From Rhynchobatus australiae (lineage: Eukaryota), in NCBI GenBank assembly GCA_034780895.1, contig JAUZTB010000072.1, positions 3,893,683 to 3,957,682 of the forward strand: DNA of 64,000 nt. Direction: 5' to 3'. The notes beneath the pieces were generated by a model. That model had not been told where the DNA came from. It made no database searches and was given only the letters and a program-made list of their open reading frames with translations. Below, one piece after another: positions 26,633 through 39,050 of the stretch. The translations under genes and the position numbers were made by a program. How positions within the stretch are numbered: the stretch's first letter is position 1; each line of letters starts with the position of its first letter.

Positions 26633-29600
26633 GTAAGGGAGGAATATCTGGGGAAGGAAATGTTACTAAACACATGCATTGCTCACTAGGATCGATACTG
26701 CCAATCTCGACCCTGTAAATTTAAGTTTTAAATTACGGTGAAACAATTGGTAACCGCTCTCATTGGTCAAATGTGAACAACTGAAGTTTTTATATTGACT
26801 TTAACCTAGTAAAATGTTCCAAGACACTTAAATGGATTGTTAACAAAACTTGACAAATGAAAGCCACATGTCCAATTAGTAAAGCACAGCTGTATAATAT
26901 GGTCTGGGAATTTTCATTTTCTTTAAGTGAGACCCTGTTCAAAGTCATAAATAATTCAAAAACTCTCAGTGATGTCAACCATAGTAGCAAAACAATCAAT
27001 CAGGTAATTTCATGGAAATGAAAATTACAATCATCCTTCTCCAAAACATTTCAATGCTTCCAAACACACTCAGCCCAAATAAGTTTAACAAAGCTTCCAA
27101 AATCCTTATGAAGTTAATAAGGTTAAAATAATGTTTACTGTAATTGTATCTGATTACATTTAACTACCAAATAGCTAATTAAGTGGAGTGATGAACTTAC
27201 TTTGCGACTTAGTTTACATATTGTTAAGAGATCAACTTTCATGGGTGAGCAGACAAAATAACATTAAGCATCTTCAAATGATGTGTTTATGGGCAATATA
27301 TTTTAACTGCAACAGTACTGAAGTGAAAAAACTCAAGGTAACAGTGCAATTGATTTTGTTATTTTAAAGTTCAATGTGCCTTCGAGTAATAATCATATTC
27401 AAACCATAACTTGTTTCAGCACAAAACCATGGGCACTAATTTGAACTGAGGTAACACATCCAAAACACTCAAAATTTGTTGTCATAGACTTAAATGCTGC
27501 AGTCATTTGTATTATTTCTGACCAACTACAGTAGGCAACTGCAGTTAAAAGGAAATACTGATACAAAGATCATTTATTTTCCCTTTATAAGTGCCCTTTG
27601 CAGTAGAAAGTCTTCTCATAAGGAACTCCAAAAAAACCCTTTGGCATTTCTGTCATATTTTAAAGTAGTGATTCAATCTAAAATTAAATTTAAAACTAGG
27701 CTGCAAGCCTTGACCCTGCTGGTTTAACAATATTACCATGAATGTGAACTAGGTTTATACCACATGATTGTTCTTCTGTTCACTCACTGGGACTTTTTTC
27801 TTTCAAAGCATCCCCAAAGTATTTAGCTTTGAGATATTGTGAAGCAGCAAACTACTGAAAATTCCAAAACTATGTAGTAACAGGAGTGCTCCTGTTCCAG
27901 CCTGAAAACACAAGCATTACAGGTTTAATAGAACTCATACTTGCATCTGGTAGCTAAAGATGAGGGAATGCGGGTTTAACAGATTAGATGCATTTCTCAT
28001 TAGTATCTTTCAGTTGAGTTTAGGAATGGAGCAGTCCAAGCCTTTAGGGTTAGAAATTTGCCCACTGTTGAATATACGAAATGCACATTAAAGTAGCATC
28101 CGCACATTTTACTCCACTTCTGAAATTTGTTTGCACTGAAGACAAATAGTGCAAATGACAGAGGACAAAGTTCTAGCCCAGTGCTACATGGAATTCTGTC
28201 AGACAGCTGATCCAATTACACAAGAAATTTCAGGAGTCATATCCTCACTTGCTGTCGAAGCAAACCATTTAGCTCCGCAGTTACAGTCTGAAAACAATGT
28301 GTGAAAGACTCCTACTTTGCATTTTTTCTGAAATGAACAGTCTGGAGGTCAGAGAGGAAATTTCTTAGTGATTTGTGTCTGTTTTGGAAAAGTAAATTGA
28401 ATTCATTATCTTCTCCCTTTTATAATCAACACTAGGAGTCAGCTACTACAGATATGATGCACTCTGTAGAGTTACAGACAAGCACAATCCCTGCGTATTT
28501 AGTTCATTGAAAGTGGTGCCCTTAACCCAACATCATATATTTGGATCCCTATTTTTTTTAAATCCACACTGGTGTGATAGTGTATGAGTTGGGTTGTTAA
28601 CACTTGGAGTTCTGCCACGGATGAAGACTCATTCATTTATCAGCAGCAACTGCATGTCAGTGGTGTAAAAGTATTGGCTTGGATCAGTGCTAGTACTCCT
28701 GCCTCCATCCAAATCATCAGAACCCAATTACTACACTGCGCTGACACGACAGTTCAGTATTAGCAACTGCTGCATTGCCAGGAATATCATCTTTTGAGCT
28801 GCTGGATTCAAATTATCAAGTCCTTGGGACATCCTCCTACAATCAAAACAAAAACTGCATGAAAAGGTAGGCATTNNNNNNNNNNNNNNNNNNNNNNNNN
28901 NNNNNNNNNNNNNNNNNNNNNNNNNNNNNNNNNNNNNNNNNNNNNNNNNNNNNNNNNNNNNNNNNNNNNNNNNNNGGCATTACATTTCACACCTTTCCTG
29001 AAACACTGAAGCAGCAAACTAGAGTAGATACTGCACTTTCTATGTACTTCAAAAGAGTACACAGAGTACAAAACTGTAACCTCAGTCACAGAGCAGGCAG
29101 AAGAATGTCAGTTATGTACACACAAGCTCACACATGGAGCACAATTCAGTTGCCACCCAATTATCACATCTAGTGCACAGCTCCCTTGGCTCCTTCCAAC
29201 CTACACGCAAAATGAGTCAGAAAGCAGAGAACTATAGGCACCAGAAAACTGAAGTAAAAACAGAAAATACTGGAAATACTGAACAGTCAGGAAACATCTC
29301 TAAAGAGAGAAACAAAGTTAATCTTTCAGGTTGATAATTTAACATCAAAACCATTCTGATGGAAGGTCAGAACCTTTTGAACACTACTCAGGAACTAAAA
29401 TTTAGATATCCAATTTTTTTTTTAAATTACTTATCACATGCTATGGGTAAGAGGTAGCTCTACCTCATCAACATTAAATTTAAAGAAGGCAATGCAGCTT
29501 TATTGCTCCCAGTTCAGTTATATTTAAAGCTACTTGCAAACAGGCATGACAATGGCATCATTACAAGTGCATCAATGTAAATGTTAATTGGGACTGTACC

Positions 29601-30760
29601 GACCTCAACACTTTTTAAACAAAGTATGCAGCTGATAACTGGGGCTAGTCAAAACTGCCACAGCTTTGATTGTAAAGATTAAGTAATTAATGTGATGCCA
29701 TCAGCACGATACAAGATGGCCAATGATATAGTCTTTTGTTGTATTCTTTTGAAGGTAGATTCCAATAAGTGTGAAAGGAAAGGTGAATTAAACAACAAGT
29801 CAGGAAGAATGGGTATCACAAATCAAAGGTAGAAGCAAAAAGCTTCTAATTTCGGTATAACAAAATCAATTTACTGGAAAGAAAATTTAGATGGGAACAC
29901 AAAACAATAATGTACATATCTCTGCCAGAAGGGGTTGGATTCCTGAAAAAATACTGCATTATGTAAAGATTTATACAGCAGTAATTGCAGTAAGTTCCAC
30001 AGATAAGAAGTCGGAAGTTTCTCAATTTCCTCCTTGTAAGGATGCAGTAAATCAAAAACAATCCATGCTTGTTCGACAAGCTGAAAGATGCATACTGAAA
30101 CTCACAAGTCATTCACCCAATGGTCACTGTTGGCAAATGGAAGCGCACAGGTGCTCAAGAGTTCCCTCCCCACAATTTTAAGTAGCAGAGACCCCTTCCC
30201 ATTAACCTGATCAAAATGGCTGTTTAATGTGGTGGTTTTCATGGACCTGTGCTTGACAGACAATCTCCAAATGCATTCCCTATCCTTTTTTTGCAGTGAA
30301 CGATGCCTTCATTAAGAAATAAATTAAAGGGAGGTTTTTTAAATGAACATCTGCTGACTGGGGGAGACCCGTATATAGAAAATTACAAAGTAGCTGACAT
30401 ATATATATTATGTTTGCTGATGTTCATTGATTCCTACAGTTAATAAATTAAATGGAGATTTAAATGTCAGCATGATTCATAAATTGTTTTCTTATTGCTG
30501 TATTTAGTCTGGCTTCATAGACCAGCAGAGAACAGAACAAAAGGAGGCTTTAGCTTGAGTGGGCACTATAAACAAACAGATCTCTTTCACTAGTGCAACT
30601 AAGAAAAAGACCATATGTACAAGAACAAAATTAGAAACATTACCAAAAGGTTGCCACTTTATTCAATGTTGCTCAAATGTGACTGCAATGTCAAATTGTT
30701 TAAGTTTAAAACTTAAAGGATCTGAAGCACTAATATAATCCTTAAACCTTCTGTTTGCAG

Positions 30761-30861
30761 ATGCTTCGTATGACTGCAATACATTGTACCAAAAAAATTA
30801 TCGTATATCTGGTGTGTATAAACTGCCTGCAGATGAGTTCCTGGGAACTCCTGAACTAGAG
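30761..30861 (+). CDS. ANGPTL7: ANGPTL7 exon 2, 101 bp (start of fibrinogen-like domain)
   Basis: ttgcag|AT...GAG|gtgatg; translates (D)ASYDCNTLYQKNYRISGVYKLPADEFLGTPELE. Confidence 0.96.
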
Positions 30862-32048
30862 GTGATGCTTTTCAAAATAAATTTTCTTTATTTTCCTTTA
30901 TGTTGCCTTTTGGACATGTTTATTACTGCTGAGTTTTAAATCAAGCTGTAGCTGTACTGACTGCAACTTCCAGGATGTTATTTTTCAGGTTTCTTTTTAA
31001 ACCTCTTATGAATATTGTTAGTGAATACTAAAATATTACCACTTTCTTCATTTTACTGTAATCCTTTTAAACTGAGCAAGCTTTGCCTAAGATTTTATCA
31101 ATTTTACTGTTGGACCATTCATCATATCTTGCTTTTGCCCCAGGACCTGACTTTTAAATTCAATCACTAGTGCCACTATAGATAAGCAGTGCTGGCAAAA
31201 GCTGCCTGCTCTTCAGTAATTAATTTTTCTTGTGCACACTGATGCTTTTCCCCAAATCAGAACAGTGATTAAATCTGAATTAAATAGTGATACTCACTGT
31301 CAGACAGGAAACATACATGCATTCTCTTCTTGACCGCTAATTAAGAAACTAGACCGAATAGCTACTGAATTCCACACCAGGCAAAAAGTGAGTTAAAATT
31401 TACCTGCTTTAAAACTTTTCTAATTGATTTATAATTGTAGGAATCCATGAAATGAACTCACTTACTTGTGAGAAAAAACACGAGAATACTGTAGGTGTAT
31501 AATCAGCCAGCCTCAGAAAACAGACAAGCTAATGTTNNNNNNNNNNNNNNNNNNNNNNNNNNNNNNNNNNNNNNNNNNNNNNNNNNNNNNNNNNNNNNNN
31601 NNNNNNNNNNNNNNNNNNNNNNNNNNNNNNNNNNNNGAAAACAGACAAGCTAATGTTTCAGGTTAGGGTTACAACTGAAACATTACTTCGTCTTTCTTTA
31701 CCACCATGATTTTTTAATCAGTGTCTTGTGTTTTTGCTTGAGCTCTTGAATTTCCAGTTTTAAAAATATATATAATGATAAGAATGTGTCTGACAAACCC
31801 CTGAGATACAGATCCTGAAAGTTATCAAAACAAAACTCTATTTCATATACACAGTTATAATGCATAATGTATTCAAAGGGGTATACCCAATACAAAATCC
31901 AATAAAAATTCTCCATGTGGTCTCAAAAATCACATTGGTGGGCCAACCTAAGCTTGAAACGAGCTGCTGATGTGCTCAGTTGCTTAAATGAGTGAAGTAC
32001 TTCGTATTTTCTTGATGTATGTTGCCTATTTCTACTCAAATCTTGTAG

Positions 32049-32355
32049 GTGTACTGTGACATGGACACTGGAGGTGGTGGCTGGACTGTTATACAACGTC
32101 GCAAGTCTGGTCTAAGTTCTTTTAATCGCGATTGGAAGCAGTACAAACGAGGATTTGGTAACATCCGCGGGGACTTCTGGTTGGNNNNNNNNNNNNNNNN
32201 NNNNNNNNNNNNNNNNNNNNNNNNNNNNNNNNNNNNNNNNNNNNNNNNNNNNNNNNNNNNNNNNNNNNNNNNNNNNNNNNNNNNACTTCTGGTTGGGAAA
32301 TGAACATATTTTTCGATTAACCAGACAGCCAAGCGTACTCAGGATAGACATGGAG
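32049..32355 (+). CDS. ANGPTL7: ANGPTL7 exon 3 (true length 195 bp; interrupted by a false 100-N gap with 12-bp overlap)
   Basis: tgtag|GTG TAC TGT...ATG GAG|gtaact. Joining 32049-32184 to 32297-32355 gives [65 protein letters not shown]. Confidence 0.94.
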
Positions 32356-32605
32356 GTAACTCATTACAATTTTCATTTGTATATTTACCCCAGGATTATG
32401 ATTAAATGTTGTTCTAGAATGGCTTCCTTGCACATGAAACATTCACCTTGTTAACAACAAGAATTTACAATTTAAATGTGTACACTAAAAGAATTAAATA
32501 TCTACAGTAAATGAGAACTGATATAAATCAATGTTCTACACTGTGCTGGTATCAGCCCATTTAGCTGCAATAAAATGTTAAACGACATAATCCATATAAT
32601 TGCAG

Positions 32606-32804
32606 GATTGGGAAGGACAGACTCGTTATGCAGAATACAGCTACTTTTCAATAAGCAATGAAGTAAACAGCTATAAATTAATTATTGGAAATTATAATGG
32701 GACAGCTGGGCGGGACTCCCTCAGGTACAACAACAACACAGCTTTCAGCACAAAGGACAAAGACAATGACAAATGCGTGGACAACTGCGTACAATTCCGC
32801 AAAG
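32606..32804 (+). CDS. ANGPTL7: ANGPTL7 exon 4, 199 bp
   Basis: tgcag|GAT TGG...AAA G|gtatgt; translates DWEGQTRYAEYSYFSISNEVNSYKLIIGNYNGTAGRDSLRYNNNTAFSTKDKDNDKCVDNCVQFRK, including the fibrinogen C-terminal FSTxDxDND motif. Confidence 0.97.
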
Positions 32805-33057
32805 GTATGTGCCAATCAGTAAACAAAAACACAAGATGCCATCTTAAACTGGAATAACTCATGTCAATTTCATAATACTGTATTAATATTTAATTACACA
32901 AGGCAAACAAAAAGTCTTCAAAATATGCAAGCAACATATGAAATGTGATAAAGAATGAAACAGTTTTCTTGCATCAATTTTCAATATAATTGAAATACAT
33001 TACAGAATTTAGAACTTTCACAATATATCTAATAGCTTGGAATTCTTTTAACTGCAG

Positions 33058-33227
33058 GTGGCTACTGGTACAACTGCTGCACAGATTCTAATCTGAATGG
33101 AGTTTATTATCGTCAAGGCCAACACATCTACAACTCTGATGGCATTACATGGTACGGCTGGCATGGTTCAAGTTACTCACTTAAGTATGTTGAAATGAAG
33201 ATTCGTCCGCAAAACTTCAAGCCTTAA
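33058..33227 (+). CDS. ANGPTL7: ANGPTL7 exon 5 coding part to stop, 170 bp
   Basis: ctgcag|GT GGC...CCT TAA; translates (G)GYWYNCCTDSNLNGVYYRQGQHIYNSDGITWYGWHGSSYSLKYVEMKIRPQNFKP*. Total CDS 1047 nt = 348 aa + stop. Confidence 0.97.
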
Positions 33228-33913
33228 GAGCTATAACATGTCTATGACTTCATTAATGAGAAAGTTAACAGTTACTGTTTATTGAAGGATTTTTCCATGC
33301 AAAACTTTGGGTACCTTCGCAGAGATTTCTTTGTCCCTCTACTAATTACTCACAGACAGTTACAAACCCAAAGAAAATTAATATAAAATGAATGAAAAAT
33401 ACTAAAGCCCACAACTGATCTTGGAAATTTACAGAGAAATTAAANNNNNNNNNNGTAATGCCACCATAGTTCTCAGTGGAATAAATGGATGTGAAAATTA
33501 ATTTCACATTCTGGAAAATAGCTATTTTAAGAATTAGAGACTATGCTACTCCAAAGCGTTGAAAAAAGCTTCAAAATTATCTTTGTTTCTTTTTCATAAC
33601 ATATACCTACAATGTGAAATAATTTGTTCTGCCTCTCTTGCAAACCAAACTCACAACTACACATCAACTAGCAACTCTTTCAGTTATGAGAAAAATATTC
33701 TTTTTAGTAGCATTTTAGTCTTTTATATCAATTAGATCATTTGCAAAGCAAGTTTGGACTGGAAGGGCTAGACAAGATATTTACTCTGTTAAAGATGCCC
33801 TATAAATACAAGCTGTTGTTTTATGGTGGGATTTGAACTGATCAAATGTTACTCTTTTTCTTCTATTTGTTACAACAAACTTGCATCAGAAAAAAAATGT
33901 TCTTGAAGTTCCA

Positions 33914-33995
33914 ATTAAAGTGTCTATTTAGTGTGTTCATTAAGAAGCCATATATAAACAATAAAATGCAGTTCTTAAAAAAGTTTTATTTTCCT
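33914..33995 (+). terminator. Candidate ANGPTL7 polyadenylation region
   Basis: ATTAAA at 33914-33919 and AATAAA at 33960-33965, followed by T-rich gttttattttcc. An earlier AATAAA lies at 33480-33485. No transcript data. Confidence 0.4.
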
Positions 33996-34689
33996 TAACA
34001 AAAACATTGGGTGGCAAAACCAGTTGTTATTTTATGTAGTAGTCTATTTTCTTCATGACAGGCTGTAGTTATTTTCTGAGACAAGGCGAATATAGCCTGG
34101 TACATGCATAAACACTTACATAACTTTACTGGATAATTCCTGTCCCTCTATTTCTCAAACTGCCAAGATTTGGAACAAGAGTCAGATTAGGTGCACATAT
34201 TTTAAAGAAAAAGATACAAAGTTTACTGGCATCAAATTAAACCTCCAAACTTTCTATGACAAAAAGACAGCACTTGCTCTGATATCTACTTCCCTACCTG
34301 GCCTATTTACATCTGCTCCCCCCAGTTTTGATTGGGCCCCCAATGGAAGCAGATCTACAACCTGAGGAAACTGAGGTTGGGTCAGGGAGTTGAAATCAAA
34401 GCATTGCCTTTCAGCTCAAAAATCCAGGAGTGGATGTTTATAAAAGCTGCAAAAAATAAGCCCCAATGGCAAAAAAAATCAAAATATGTGGGGAAGAGGA
34501 TGGGGCAAGAACATTAATTAATTTTCAGGATTTCAGTATTTGCATAATTTTTGTAACTTCTCAACTTCCTTTCTGCTGGCTTATGTACAGCAATAAAAGT
34601 AAAGGAATCCATAAATCTGCAAGCTCTTGTCTAACCAACTATTCAACCAAAACTTCACACTTAATGTTTGTAGTTCTATGAACAGAACT

Positions 34690-37640
34690 GATTTTCAGCT
34701 GTCTGGTTTACACATCTGAGACCCAGAGCAATGTGGTTGACTCTAAACTGCTCTCTGAAGTGACCATGCAACCAATGCATTGCAGCATCAAAAGAAAAAA
34801 ACCCCATGGACCCCTAGTATCGACCTAGACACTGACAAGGCAAAGTTGCTCCAAGCACCCCTGTTGATCTGTTAATGTCCTCCTCATAAACATCTGGCAA
34901 CTGTGTATAAATTTGGACTACTGACCTACAGCCCTATTAAGCAAAAGCCCTTCATGGTCATTATCACATCTACAAAACATGTGCCAGATTCCTTCATCGC
35001 AATCCCTGGCTATGTCCTTTTCCATCTAATCATGAGGTTAAATCAAACATGGTAAGGAACCTGTCTCCAGTTACAACCTGCCATCCTTCCTCTTCTCCTC
35101 TGTGTTGAAATAACTGGAAGCAGCATTGAAAATAGCAATGGCACAGAAAAATATCTGGGTCTGGGCAGGGAGCTTCAATGTCCATCAATAAGACTGGCTT
35201 GGTAGCACCACCGCCGACCAGGTCCCAAAAAAAAAGCTGCCTGATTGGGTCTGTGACACAGTAAAAAAGCAGACACAAGGGATGAACCTACTTAACCTCA
35301 TCTTCATCAAATCTATTTATGGCTGGAGCATTGGCAGAAGTTACCATCAAACAGTCCTCATGGAAACAAAAATCCCATTTTCATACCTTCAGTTCAGCAG
35401 CAGAAGTGAACTGAACCACAACCTTTAACTTTATGGCCAGGCATATCCCTCACTCCATCTTCACTAAACATGAACCAACTCCGGCTCAATGAGAAGGGTA
35501 GAAGGGCATGGCAGAACAGGCACCAGGTGAACCCTCAAATGATGCACCAGTGAAATACATGCATGCTAAATGCATGACAAAGACAGAAGCAAACAAACCC
35601 ACAGCCAATGGATCAGATCCAAGTTCTGTAGTCTTGTTGTAAATGGTAGTGAACAATGAAACAGCAAACAGGGAGGGGATGGCCCCAAGAACGCCCCCAT
35701 TCTCAATGGTGGTTGGAGGGAACCAGTATGCAAGTGCAATAGAGAAAGCTGAGGCAGCAGCAAACATGTTCAGCCAGAAGTCCCAAGTGTATGGTGCACC
35801 TCTCCTTCCTTCTGAGATCTTCAATATTTAGCTAATTCACTTCACATTAAGTAATACCAAGAAATGGCTGAGCATTGTATTCAGCAAAGGCTATGGGACT
35901 GAACAATATCCCAGTTGTACTATTGACGTCCTGTACTCCAGAGTCAGAATCACCTCAAGGTAAGACTATTTCAACAAAGAAAATTACCCAGGTTCTGACT
36001 TGTTCACAAAAAGCAGGAAAAAAAATACAATCTGACTAATTACCACCTAATCACTGTACTCTGAATCATTATCAAAGTGATGGAAGGTCCTATCAACAGT
36101 GTTACAAAGCAGCACTTATTTCCAATGAGAGGTCACTAATGACCAGTTTGGATTTTGTCAGGAGCATTTATCTCAAGACCTCAACAGAGCCTTAGTCCAA
36201 ACATGGACCAAACAGCCAAATTCCAGAAATGAGGTAAGAGTGACTGCCCTCAACACAAATATACCACTTGGCTCTGGTAAAACTGAATGACCTATCAAGA
36301 AACTAAACAGATTGGGTCTGTATTCTGAGCAGTTTCAAAGAATGAGAGGTGATCTCATTGAAAAATATAAAATTCAAAGGGGCATGACAGGGTAGATGTT
36401 GAGATGTTTCTACTAGTGGGAGATTCTCAAACAATGTTCCAAGATAAGAGGTTGCTTACTTAAAATGGAGGCATGAAGAAATTTCTTCTTGCAGAGAGGG
36501 CTGAATCTCCGGAATTCTCTGCCCCTGAGAGTTAGCTGAAAAGAGCTAGCTCATGAATTTAAAGTGGAGGGAGAGAGAGAGAGTTTTGACAGATTAAGGG
36601 AATGTGAACCATGAGGATCTGGCACAGAGGTGGAGATGAAGCCTGGGACAGATCAGCCATGAGCCTATGGAATGGTGGGATAGGCTGGAGGACCAGGTGG
36701 CCTACTCTTACCCTTACTTTCTCATATGAATTCATTTGGCATCAAGAGGGAAAACACTTTAATGGTAGGAGTCAAACATTTTACAAAGGAGATGGTTGTG
36801 GTTGTTGGAGGTCAATTTTCCCAGCTCCTAGACATCACTGCAGGAGTTCCTAGGAGTAGTGCCCTCAGCCCAAACATCAACCATCTTTATACCATAGTCA
36901 GAATTAGGGATGTTCACTGATTCACAACTCCTCAGCAGATGAAGCAGTCCAATGTGCAGCAAGACCTAGATAACATTCAGACATGTGGCAAATAGCACTG
37001 GTGCTACAAAAGAGCCTGACGTTGACCACCTCTTCCAAGATGAAGTTGAACCACCTATCCTTGCTGAGTCATTGGCAAGTTCCCAATCACCACGTGTTCT
37101 CCACTAACTACAAAGTGCATTGGGTTAGATACACGTGGTTATAAGAACACAGCAGAGACCGGGCTTCCTGCAGCAGGCAACTCACCAAAGCCTCTTCGGC
37201 AACCATAAAGTGCAAGTCAGAAGCATGATGGAAAACTCTCCACTTTCTTTGATGAGGGCTGTTTCAACAGTTGATTTGCTTCTTGTCCACCACCCTAAAC
37301 GTTCATTTCCTGCATTACTGGTGCAACTTGGCTACAGTGTTTACCATCTACAAAGTACACAGTAGTTACTCGCTTTGTTTACTCCAACAACCACTTCCCA
37401 AACCCTTGACCTCCACCAACAAGAAGGACAAGTACTGCAGATGGAAAGGAACACCATCATCTCAAAGTCACAAATCATTCTTCACTGTCACTGAGTCTAA
37501 ATCATGGAACTTCCTAACTAACATTGTGGGAGTTCTGTACCCAGAAAGACTTCAGCAGTTCAAGAAGTTGGTTCACCACCACCTTCTGAAGGCCGGGCTG
37601 GGATTGGCAGTAAATGATGGTCTTGCATCCTGAAAAATGA
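34690..37640 (+). mobile_element. Long decayed non-LTR retrotransposon (CR1/L2 group, family unassigned)
   Basis: Degenerate RT motifs in order: KAMG.NNIP (35886), NY.LI..L (36038), QFGF (36144), ITAGVPRSSALSP (GVPQGS.LGP, 36834); tail caccaccaccttctgaagg...taaatgatggtcttgc...aatgaatg. Confidence 0.78.
36289..36726 (+). mobile_element. CR1 3' fragment nested inside the preceding LINE
   Basis: agaatgagaggtgatctcattgaaa and aatttcttcttgcagagag motifs plus CR1 tail; host sequence resumes afterwards; TGAAT on both sides. Confidence 0.75.
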
Positions 37641-38039
37641 ATGATTTTAAAAAAATTGCTGCATGCACATGCACAGAAAGATGAGCATCTGCAACCAACT
37701 GAAGCTGTATCTTCTGTAATGATTTGGTAAATAAAGCAGGACCACTGGATGCCAAGGAGCAAGCAAATTAGGAAATGTTCACTCAAGCCTGGCATTCCTT
37801 ATAAGTAATCCAACTCTTCACAGTTTTCACTGCTATCTCGAGAAGATTCAACGAGCAGATTATCAGAGTATAAATACTGCAGAGAGAAGTGATTTTCTAT
37901 CATTCTTGCAGCTGATCTCAATGAATTTTCTTTTAACCTTGGAACATGCATAACTGTACTGCAGGCATTTAAATTATACTGAAGCTAATTAAGAAAGACC
38001 TTATGGATTAGGTCACCCCACCATGTGTAGTTAGAAGTA

Positions 38040-39050
38040 CTTGCTTTTTTCACCAAATTGCATGTCATCTACATGGATTTCAGCAAGGCATTTGATGAAG
38101 TTTCATGTGGTAGATGATCAGGAAAATAAAATCTATTGAAAAAGTTGGTTCAGTGAGAGAAAATGATCAATGGGAGATTGGAGGATTTCCACAGGGCTCA
38201 ACAATAGGTTCCTTGCATCTTGTGAAATATTTCAATAATCTGAACTTGGGCCATAATTGACAAATTTGCCAATGATACTAAAATGGTGGTGCATAAGAAA
38301 TATTGAGACACCAAGACATCAATTGACAGCATGCCAGAGAATATGGAAAAAGACTCTAGGTTACAGAAGATATCAAAAGACTGGCTGAGGTTGGCACCAA
38401 AGTGTCAAATAAAATTCAGTCTGGAGCAGTGTGAGGCAATGCATTTGGGAAGGGCAAATAAGGGATGGGAATACATGTCAGGTGGTTAGATTTAAAGAAC
38501 TGTAGTAGAACGAAGTGACTTTGGAAGTATCTGGAAAATAGCAGGACAGGTTAACAAGGGATTAAGACACATGGAATAATTGCTTTTAATTGGCCAAGGT
38601 ACAGAATACAACAGAAGGGAGATCATGCGAGACTCGCATAAAATGTTAGTTTGGCGAGAGCTTAGTGTTTAGTTCTCTTAACCACACCACAGGAGGGCTT
38701 ATGCTTGCGCCAGAGCGCACTGAGGAGATTTACAAGGATTCTGCCAGGGCTGGAGAATTATACTGANNNNNNNNNNTTGGCTGGCTAGACTTGCGGTACT
38801 TTCTATCGAACAAAAAAGCCTGGGGAGAGATTTTATTGAGGTGGAAAAATTAAGATAAGGTGGACAGGAGAGGTGCATTTTCCTGGGCAAAGAGGTCACT
38901 AAACTGTTAATTGGTAAAAAGACGAGAGGGGAATTGAAGAAAATAATTTTCACCCGAAGAATGGTTGGGGTCTGGAACTTAGTGCCTGGAGGAATGCAGG
39001 AAGCAGAAACCGACATCATATTAAAACAGCACTTGGATGAACGCAGTGAA
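38040..39050 (+). mobile_element. Decayed CR1-type LINE
   Basis: YMDFQ/KAFD (38069-38096), KFANDTK (38261), CEAMHLG and WNL.P remnants; many stops. Confidence 0.75.

Noticed and set aside
26284-26679. 131-aa minus-strand ORF overlapping ANGPTL7 exon 1
   Set aside because: Antisense shadow of a real coding exon; no recognisable domain and no similarity to mTOR.
32049-32355. ANGPTL7 as frameshifted pseudogene or six-exon gene
   Set aside because: The apparent shift is explained by a 100-N placeholder plus a 12-bp duplicated overlap; all other exons are intact.
35486-35824. Minus-strand ORF with aquaporin-like look (GSDPLAVGLFASVFVMHLACMYFTGASF)
   Set aside because: No NPA motif follows. The plus strand is LINE ORF2 sequence collinear with a second copy at 23450-23700. 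Most likely an antisense coincidence; a Pfam MIP search would settle it.
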